Shown: piece by piece, positions 57,597 through 64,000 of the stretch
Position numbering within the stretch: position 1 is the first letter of the stretch
Layout of the letters: every line of letters begins with the position of its first letter
DNA from: Thermodesulfobacteriota bacterium
Lineage (GTDB): Bacteria; Desulfobacterota_D; UBA1144
Direction of reading: 5' to 3'
Length of the DNA stretch: 64,000 nt
NCBI GenBank assembly: GCA_036340075.1
Contig: JAYYZJ010000012.1
Location: 109,696-173,695 of the forward strand
Position numbers and translations under genes: made by a program
The notes under the pieces: generated by a model
Seen by the model: the letters and a program-made list of their open reading frames with translations, nothing else
Told to the model about the DNA's origin: nothing
Database searches by the model: none

Positions 57597-59054
57597 ATGA
57601 CAGAAGAACTAAAGATTGATAATGATAAAAGCACAAAAGAAATGCTTGAAAAGGAAGAATATAAGTATGGTTTCGTTACAGAAGTTGAGCAAGATATTCT
57701 ACCTAAAGGACTTAGTGAAGAAGTAATTAAATTTATATCAAAAAAGAAAAATGAGCCAGAATGGTTATTAGATTTTAGACTAAAAGCTTACAATAGATGG
57801 CTCAAGATGAAAGATCCGGCCTGGGGAAAATTAGATATAAATCCAATAGATTTCAACAATATTAGTTATTTTGCTGGTCCTAAAAACAAACCCGAGTCTC
57901 TTGATGATGTTGATCCTGAGATATTAGAAACTTATGAAAAGCTTGGAATACCGCTTGAAGAACAAAAGATGCTCGAAGGTGTTGCAGTTGATGCAGTTTT
58001 TGATAGTGTTTCTCTTGTAACAACCTTTAAAAGCAAATTAGCAGAATTAGGAATAATCTTCTGTTCCTTTTCTGAGGCGGTATTAGAGCACGAACAATTA
58101 GTCAAACGATATTTAGGAAGCGTTATCCCTTCAGGAGATAATTTCTACGCTGCTCTTAATGCAGCAGTTTTTACCGACGGCTCTTTCGTATATGTGCCGA
58201 AAGGTGTTAAATGTCCTATGGAATTATCAACCTATTTCAGAATCAATGCTGAAAATACAGGACAATTTGAGAGAACACTTATAATTGCGGACCAAGGTAG
58301 CCATGTTAGTTATCTCGAAGGATGCACAGCACCGAAGAGAAGTGAAAGTCAACTACATGCTGCCTGCGTGGAGTTAATTGCTCATGATGATGCAACTATA
58401 AAGTACTCTACGATACAAAACTGGTATCCAGGTGACAAGAATGGAAAAGGAGGAATATATAATTTTGTTACTAAAAGAGGAAATTGTGTAGGAAAAAATT
58501 CTAGAATTTCCTGGACTCAAGTCGAAACTGGATCTGCTATAACATGGAAATATCCAAGCTGTATTTTGACCGGAGACAATTCAATTGGCGAGTTTTATTC
58601 TGTGGCGCTTACAAACAATAGGCAGCAAGCTGACACAGGAACAAAGATGATTCATTTAGGTAAAAACACAAGAAGCACAATAGTTTCTAAGGGTATATCG
58701 GCTGGATATGGACAGAACACATATAGAGGACTTGTTGAAGTTTCTAAGAATGCAGAGAATGCAAGAAACTATACTCAATGTGACTCTATATTAATAGGGG
58801 ATAAATGTGGGGCTCATACTTTTCCCTATATAGAAATTAAAAATCCAACTGCACAACTAGAACACGAGGCTTCAACCTCGAAAGTGGGAGAAGATCAAAT
58901 ATTTTATTGTCAGCAAAGAGGCATGTCAGAGGAAGATGCATTGTCATTGATTGTAAATGGTTTTTGTAAGGAAGTTTTCAAAGAATTGCCTTTTGAATTT
59001 GCTGTAGAAGCAGAACGTCTTCTGAGTGTAAGCTTAGAAGGAAGCGTTGGCTAG
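57597..59054 (+). CDS. sufB: Fe-S cluster assembly scaffold protein SufB
   Basis: 485 aa with highly conserved SufB sequence (YKYGF.., [18 protein letters not shown]). Confidence 0.95.
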   Translation: MTEELKIDNDKSTKEMLEKEEYKYGFVTEVEQDILPKGLSEEVIKFISKKKNEPEWLLDFRLKAYNRWLKMKDPAWGKLDINPIDFNNISYFAGPKNKPESLDDVDPEILETYEKLGIPLEEQKMLEGVAVDAVFDSVSLVTTFKSKLAELGIIFCSFSEAVLEHEQLVKRYLGSVIPSGDNFYAALNAAVFTDGSFVYVPKGVKCPMELSTYFRINAENTGQFERTLIIADQGSHVSYLEGCTAPKRSESQLHAACVELIAHDDATIKYSTIQNWYPGDKNGKGGIYNFVTKRGNCVGKNSRISWTQVETGSAITWKYPSCILTGDNSIGEFYSVALTNNRQQADTGTKMIHLGKNTRSTIVSKGISAGYGQNTYRGLVEVSKNAENARNYTQCDSILIGDKCGAHTFPYIEIKNPTAQLEHEASTSKVGEDQIFYCQQRGMSEEDALSLIVNGFCKEVFKELPFEFAVEAERLLSVSLEGSVG

Positions 59055-59075
59055 AATAGCTTTAAGGAGTTCCAA

Positions 59076-59816
59076 ATGTTAGAAATAGTTAATCTTCACG
59101 CTAAGATAGAAGAAAAAGATATATTAAAGGGGATCAATCTGAAAATATCTGATGGAGAAGTTCATTCCATTATGGGACCGAATGGATCCGGGAAGAGTAC
59201 TTTGGCTTCTATTCTTGCAGGAAAAGAAGATTATGAAATTACAGACGGAGATATACTTTATAATGGAGAGAGTATTTTAGATAAAGCACCTGAGGAAAGA
59301 GCACAAGAAGGACTTTTTCTTGCTTTTCAATACCCAATTGAAATACCTGGAATTACTAATGCTTATTTCTTAAGAGAGGCTCTAAATTCTATAAGAAAGG
59401 CTAGAGACGAAGTGCCTCTGAAGCCCGTTGAATTTTCTAAGCTGGCTAAAGAAAAAATGAAATTACTAGAAATGGATGAATCATTGCTCAACAGATTCTT
59501 AAATGAGGGTTTTTCGGGAGGAGAGAAAAAAAGAAATGAAATCCTTCAGATGGCGATTCTCAATCCAAGCATTTCAATATTAGATGAGACGGACTCTGGT
59601 CTAGATATCGACGCATTAAAAATTGTAGCTAACGGTGTGAACTCATTAAGGAACGAAGAAAGATCGTTTTTGGTTATTACTCATTATCAGAGACTCTTAA
59701 ATTATATTGTACCAGACTACGTACATGTATTAGTAGATGGAAAAATCGTTAAGTCAGGAGACAAGAGTTTAGCTTTAGAACTTGAAGACAAAGGATACTC
59801 TTGGGTAGATAAGTAG
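59076..59816 (+). CDS. sufC: Fe-S cluster assembly ATPase SufC
   Basis: 246 aa. GPNGSGKST Walker A, the FSGGEKKR signature, and [10 protein letters not shown] Walker B. Confidence 0.95.
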   Translation: MLEIVNLHAKIEEKDILKGINLKISDGEVHSIMGPNGSGKSTLASILAGKEDYEITDGDILYNGESILDKAPEERAQEGLFLAFQYPIEIPGITNAYFLREALNSIRKARDEVPLKPVEFSKLAKEKMKLLEMDESLLNRFLNEGFSGGEKKRNEILQMAILNPSISILDETDSGLDIDALKIVANGVNSLRNEERSFLVITHYQRLLNYIVPDYVHVLVDGKIVKSGDKSLALELEDKGYSWVDK

Positions 59817-59818
59817 TA

Positions 59819-61126
59819 ATGAATAAATTATATGACAAATATAATAGTTACTTTGAAGATGATAATTTTAATAAAGCTGCACCAAAATGGTTTAAGACTT
59901 TTAGAGAAAAAAATTTTTCACTTTTTAAAGAAATGAATTCTCCAAAAATTACTGATGAGGATTGGAGATTCACCAACCTAAATGATTTTTTTAATTCAGA
60001 CTTTCTACCTATGAGTAACTCTGCTAATTTGAATAAGTTTGATCTACCTGAAGTATTTGATAATTTTGATGCACATTATATTTTTCTAGTTAATGGGACA
60101 CTTGTGAGTAATTCCAAGTGTGAGTTTAAAATAATTAATTTGAAAGATGCAATTCTTGATGAAGAAAAAAATTTGCTAAAAATTCTCAAAAATGAGTTTT
60201 CTTCTTCAAATAAAGATTTTTTTTACTTGCTTAATAACTCTTTCCTTGAAAATGGAATTTATGTAGAAGTTAAGGAGTCAGATAATTTAAAAAAACCCAT
60301 CGTAATAGTAAATAAGTTCGATTCAGATTCTGAAAATACATTTATAAATTCAAGAAATATCTTTTACTTTGATAAGTCGACAAGTGGAGAAATAATCGAA
60401 TATTCTTTCTCAGATAACGATGAAAAATATTTTTCTAATAAAGTATCTATGTTCTACCAAGAAAAGAACTCAAACATTGAACACCTATCTATTGAGGATG
60501 GAAGTAAGTCATCATTTATTTTCTCTAATTTAAAAATTAAGCAAGAAAGGGATTCCAATTTTACTACTAATTCTATATTGATTGGAGGCAAGCTTATAAG
60601 AAATAATGTTCACCCTCTTTTGGACGGTGAAGGTTCTTATTCTTCTGTCTTAGGTCTGTATCTTTCTCAAGAAGAACAATTAATGGATAATTACATGTTT
60701 GTTGAACATGCTAAACCGAATTGTGGAAGCAGACAATTATATAAAGGTCTTCTAAAAGATGAATCTAGGGGAGTTTTCCATGGAAGAATCCTTGTGCACA
60801 AAGAAGCTCAAAAAACAGATGCAAAACAAACGAATAGAAATTTATTACTGTCAGACTCTGCTCAAGTAGATACAAAACCTCAACTAGAAATCTATGCCGA
60901 TGATGTTAAATGTACTCATGGTGCGACAACAGGCCAATTGAACAAAGATGCAATACATTATTTAAGAGCTAGAGGGATAGATGAAGATAAAGCGATAGCA
61001 ATGCTTATAAGAGCGTTTACTGATGAGGTAGTAGAAGAACTAAAGAGTTCAAAGCTAATTAATTTCCACCAAGAAATTGTAAAAAATTGGTTTGTTAGAG
61101 CTAAAATGGTTAGTGAACACAACTAA
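59819..61126 (+). CDS. sufD: Fe-S cluster assembly protein SufD
   Basis: 435 aa. The C-terminal beta-helix region has PQLEIYADDVKCTHGATTG. Position after sufC. Confidence 0.9.
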   Translation: MNKLYDKYNSYFEDDNFNKAAPKWFKTFREKNFSLFKEMNSPKITDEDWRFTNLNDFFNSDFLPMSNSANLNKFDLPEVFDNFDAHYIFLVNGTLVSNSKCEFKIINLKDAILDEEKNLLKILKNEFSSSNKDFFYLLNNSFLENGIYVEVKESDNLKKPIVIVNKFDSDSENTFINSRNIFYFDKSTSGEIIEYSFSDNDEKYFSNKVSMFYQEKNSNIEHLSIEDGSKSSFIFSNLKIKQERDSNFTTNSILIGGKLIRNNVHPLLDGEGSYSSVLGLYLSQEEQLMDNYMFVEHAKPNCGSRQLYKGLLKDESRGVFHGRILVHKEAQKTDAKQTNRNLLLSDSAQVDTKPQLEIYADDVKCTHGATTGQLNKDAIHYLRARGIDEDKAIAMLIRAFTDEVVEELKSSKLINFHQEIVKNWFVRAKMVSEHN

Positions 61127-61283
61127 TTTAATTTAATCTTTATTAACAGTATTAATAAACGTAGCAAACTTAAAAAATTAATTTTAAAACAACAAAACAA
61201 ACATAAATTACAAAATAAACATTAAAACTTTTAAATTAAAAAGAAATAATTAAAATTTTTCTTAAAATTTACGAAATAAGTTC

Positions 61284-61312
61284 TTGACAATTATTTTTAA
61301 ACATCTTAAAGT
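61284..61312 (+). promoter_or_regulatory. candidate strong sigma-70 promoter (TTGACA-17 nt-TAAAGT)
   Basis: Consensus -35 at 61284..61289 and -10-like TAAAGT at 61307..61312, in an A/T-rich upstream region. AGGGAGG SD at 61349..61355. Confidence 0.5.
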
Positions 61313-61364
61313 AGAAAAAAATGCAATAATTTCATTTTTTTAATTTAAAGGGAGGTTTAAATAT

Positions 61365-61847
61365 ATGGCAGTTGCTAAAAAAAGAAAACCCGCAGCCAAA
61401 AAAGCTGCTAAAAGAAAGCCAGCAAGAAAAGCTGTTAAAAGAAAAACTGTAGCTAAAAGAAAAACTACAGCAAGAAAAACAACAGCTAAAAGAAAGCCGG
61501 CTAAAAAAGCTGTTAAAAGAAAAACAACAGCTAAAAGAAAGCCAGCTAAAAAAGCTGTTAAAAGAAAAACAACAGCTAAAAGAAAGCCAGCTAGAAAAGC
61601 TGTTAAAAGAAAAACAACAGCTAAAAGAAAGCCAGCTAAAAGAAAAACTGCAGCTAAAAGAAAGCCAGCTAGAAAAGCTGTTAAAAGAAAAACAACAGCT
61701 AAAAGAAAGCCAGCTAAAAGAAAGCCTGCAGCAAGAAAAGCTGTTAAAAGAAAAACAACAGCTAAAAGAAAGCCTGCAGCAAGAAAAGCTGTTAAAAGAA
61801 AAACAACAGCTAGAAGAAAACCTGCAGCTAAAAGAAGAAGAAGATAG
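61365..61847 (+). CDS. hyper-basic Lys/Arg/Ala-rich repeat protein, histone H1-like
   Basis: 160 aa using only M,A,V,K,R,P,T, built from repeated AKRKPA(K/R)KAVKRKTT units. Good SD and promoter. Confidence 0.8.
   Translation: MAVAKKRKPAAKKAAKRKPARKAVKRKTVAKRKTTARKTTAKRKPAKKAVKRKTTAKRKPAKKAVKRKTTAKRKPARKAVKRKTTAKRKPAKRKTAAKRKPARKAVKRKTTAKRKPAKRKPAARKAVKRKTTAKRKPAARKAVKRKTTARRKPAAKRRRR
61485..61808 (+). repeat. in-frame tandem repeat array, 45-nt unit with 33/63/48-nt variants
   Basis: Near-identical units GCTAAAAGAAAGCCAGCTAAAAAAGCTGTTAAAAGAAAAACAACA start at 61485, 61530, 61575 and 61653. Variants start at 61620, 61698 and 61761. Confidence 0.85.
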
Positions 61848-61862
61848 TTTTGAAATGGATCC

Positions 61863-61890
61863 GGGTGTTATCTTAGCTGAGATAGCACCC
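61863..61890. terminator. hairpin between convergent basic-protein gene and rho (possible bidirectional terminator)
   Basis: GGGTGTTATCT-TAGCTG-AGATAGCACCC forms an 11-bp stem with one G-U pair. No clear U-tract on either strand, so terminator function is uncertain. Confidence 0.35.
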
Positions 61891-61900
61891 TAATCTGGAT

Positions 61901-63223
61901 TTAGCTATTCATAGCATCTAGAAATTCTTTATTGCTTTTCGAACCTTTAATCTTATCAAGTAGGAATTCCATTGATTCGTTAGGACTCATTGGATTTAAA
62001 ACCTTTCTAAGAAGCCAGATTCTTGTTAAATCCGCTTCGTTAATTAAAAGTTCTTCTTTTCTTGTACCTGATTTTTGTAAATCAATTGCTGGGTATATTC
62101 TTTTTTCTGCTAATCTTCGGTCTAGATAAATTTCCATATTTCCAGTTCCTTTAAATTCTTCAAAAATTACTTCATCCATACGACTGCCTGTATCAATTAA
62201 TGCTGTTGCAACTATTGTTAAACTTCCACCTTCTTCTGTGTTCCTTGCAGCACCAAAAAATCTCTTAGGTCTTTGAAGAGCATTTGCTTCCATTCCTCCA
62301 GTTAATACTCGACCGCTCGCTGGAGTTACTGTATTACTAGCTCTTGCTAGTCTTGTTATGCTATCAAGCAGGATAACGACATCTTTACCATGCTCAACTA
62401 AACGTTTTGCTTTTTCAAGAACCATATCAGCAACTTGTACATGTCTTTGCGCTGGTTCATCAAAGGTTGAGCTTACAACTTCACCACGCACAGATCTTTC
62501 CATATCCGTAACCTCTTCAGGTCTTTCATCAATCAACAAAACGAATAAACATACTTCCGGATTGTTATCAGTAATTGCTTTAGCAATTTTCTGAAGAAGA
62601 ACTGTTTTCCCTGTCCTAGGTGGAGCAACTAATAACGCTCTCTGACCTTTTCCTATCGGTACGAACATATCAATTACTCTAGTTGAATATTCTTCTGCTT
62701 CGCTTTCCATATCTAACCTTGAGTTAGGATGAAGTGGGACTCTATTTGAAAAACTAATTCTCTCTCTGCAATAATCAGGATCACCAAAATTAACAGATTC
62801 AATCTTGAGCAGAGCAAGATTTTTTTCTCCTTCCCTAGGCAGTCTTACATATCCACCAATGGTATCTCCAGATTTAAGATTAAATGATCTAACTTGTGAT
62901 TTCGAAACATAAATATCATCTGGACCAGGCAAATAGCTATATTTAGGAGATCTAAGAAATCCGTATCCTTCAGACAATATTTCAAGAACACCTTCTGCAT
63001 ATATCTCTCCTTGATTGTCCGCTTGAGATTTTAATATTGCATAAATCATATCTTGCCTAGACATTCTTCCAGCATCTTCAATATTTATTGATATGGCCAT
63101 TTTTTGAAGCTCAGCAGGTTTAATTTCACGAAGTTCATTTAAATTCATTAAATCAAGACCAGGAGGCTTAACTTTTTCTTTTTCTTCAATTTCAGTTTTC
63201 TTAGAACTTGCCTTTTTGTTCAT
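61901..63223 (-). CDS. rho: transcription termination factor Rho
   Basis: 440 aa. N-terminal RNA-binding domain (GVLEIL.EGYGFLR), P-loop APPRTGKT, and conserved C-terminal ATPase. Confidence 0.97.
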   Translation of the reverse strand: MNKKASSKKTEIEEKEKVKPPGLDLMNLNELREIKPAELQKMAISINIEDAGRMSRQDMIYAILKSQADNQGEIYAEGVLEILSEGYGFLRSPKYSYLPGPDDIYVSKSQVRSFNLKSGDTIGGYVRLPREGEKNLALLKIESVNFGDPDYCRERISFSNRVPLHPNSRLDMESEAEEYSTRVIDMFVPIGKGQRALLVAPPRTGKTVLLQKIAKAITDNNPEVCLFVLLIDERPEEVTDMERSVRGEVVSSTFDEPAQRHVQVADMVLEKAKRLVEHGKDVVILLDSITRLARASNTVTPASGRVLTGGMEANALQRPKRFFGAARNTEEGGSLTIVATALIDTGSRMDEVIFEEFKGTGNMEIYLDRRLAEKRIYPAIDLQKSGTRKEELLINEADLTRIWLLRKVLNPMSPNESMEFLLDKIKGSKSNKEFLDAMNS

Positions 63224-63364
63224 GTTTTTCCTTGGAATATAATAATTTGGGTTTACTACAATAAAAGCTTGTAATATGTAATATATAATTCTTTATTCGA
63301 CAAAAGTCAATAACTTATTGTCTTAGATTGATGTTTTAGATAAAATCTAATTAAGGGAGTTTTT

Positions 63365-64000
63365 ATGTCCGGACATTCCAAATGGCATTCAATTAAACAC
63401 AAAAAAGCTGCAACTGATGCAAAAAGAGGAAAGATTTTCACTAAATTAATAAGAGAAATCACTATTGCCGCACGTGATGGTGGAGGGGATCCTGATACAA
63501 ATCCTAGGCTAAGATTGGTCTTAACCAATGCTAAAAGTGAAAATATGCCAAAAGATACTATTGAAAGAGCAATCAAGAAAGGTACTGGAGAATTAGAAAG
63601 TGAAACACTTTTTGAGACTACCTACGAAGGCTATGGCCCGGGAGGAGTAGCAGTTCTCGTAGAGGTTTTAACAGATAATAAAAACAGAACAGTTTCTGAA
63701 ATTAGAAGAGCTTTTACAAAGTTTGGAGGAAATCTAGGAGAATCCGGATGTGTATCTTGGATTTTTGAAAAGAAAGGAAGGATAGAGATATCTATGGATC
63801 CAACTGAGGAGGAAAACCTCATTGATACTGCACTAGATTTAGGAGCAGAAGATGTATTAAATGAAGAAGATTTTTTTTCTGTTTTAACCGTATTAGATGA
63901 TTTTGAAAATATTAAAAAAGGATTAGAATTAAAAGGATTCAATATTTCTAACTCTGAAATTTCTATGATACCAAGTAGTTCAGTAAAAATTGAGGGCAAG
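63365..64000 (+). CDS. yebC: YebC/PmpR family DNA-binding transcriptional regulator (3' end beyond window)
   Basis: Not in the ORF track (no in-window stop). My translation from ATG 63365 gives [51 protein letters not shown]..., the canonical YebC N-terminus. Confidence 0.9.
   Translation, partial: MSGHSKWHSIKHKKAATDAKRGKIFTKLIREITIAARDGGGDPDTNPRLRLVLTNAKSENMPKDTIERAIKKGTGELESETLFETTYEGYGPGGVAVLVEVLTDNKNRTVSEIRRAFTKFGGNLGESGCVSWIFEKKGRIEISMDPTEEENLIDTALDLGAEDVLNEEDFFSVLTVLDDFENIKKGLELKGFNISNSEISMIPSSSVKIEGK

Noticed and set aside
61139-61159. Perfect 8-bp inverted repeat TTTATTAA-CAGTA-TTAATAAA just after sufD, as a possible terminator.
   Set aside because: The stem is A-T only, so thermodynamically very weak, and there is no U-tract. 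It is indistinguishable from chance in an A/T-rich spacer.
61485-61808. A regular ~45-nt direct repeat array that might be mistaken for a CRISPR or a satellite.
   Set aside because: The units are contiguous with no spacers, stay in frame, and encode the basic peptide repeat of a well-signalled ORF. It is a coding tandem repeat, not a CRISPR array.
63307-63999. Two minus-strand track ORFs (89 aa and 122 aa) at the right edge.
   Set aside because: The plus strand here encodes an unmistakable YebC/PmpR N-terminus ([14 protein letters not shown]...). That gene was missing from the track only because it has no in-window stop. The minus ORFs are its shadows.

Overview
This is a visibly AT-rich, very tightly packed bacterial chromosomal segment. 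By my tally of the ORF coordinates, only about 2 kb of the 64 kb is non-coding. It reads as core housekeeping genome from a streamlined, probably marine, free-living bacterium; I cannot place the phylum from sequence alone. I recognise about 60 protein genes and one tRNA-Gln.

Main gene content:
- F-type ATP synthase split into two loci: hemL-atpZ-atpI-atpB at the left edge, and atpF'-F-H-A-G-D-C at 49.3-54.9 kb.
- MEP-pathway genes ispE, ispD and ispF.
- A three-gene biotin-dependent acyl-CoA carboxylase.
- gltX, coaE, ruvX, thiL, hisBH, argH, queF, purB and pyrE.
- nrdAB with tandem NrdR boxes upstream.
- A sod-ilvD-coaBC array.
- A two-gene RND efflux pump, a ClC channel, a CPA2 antiporter and an MscS channel.
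- rplM-rpsI, Rrf2-sufBCD, rho, and a partial yebC at the right edge.

I see no mobile elements, CRISPR array, integrase, toxin-antitoxin pair or recognisable defence genes. I do not find a convincing multi-gene novel system.

The items most worth a second look are:
- a hyper-basic tandem-repeat histone H1-like protein with strong expression signals (61.1-61.9 kb);
- an orphan 435-aa nitroreductase-fold protein with an unrecognised C-terminal extension;
- an NrdB carrying class Ic (Phe-for-Tyr, Glu-for-Asp) signatures;
- a long GC-rich hairpin with a possible anti-SD switch in the nrdA leader;
- superoxide dismutase abutting the superoxide-sensitive IlvD;
- a split carboxylase alpha subunit;
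- an epsilon subunit lacking its C-terminal domain;
- an alpha/beta hydrolase with no canonical start codon.

All functional calls come from motif recognition by eye. No database search was run.
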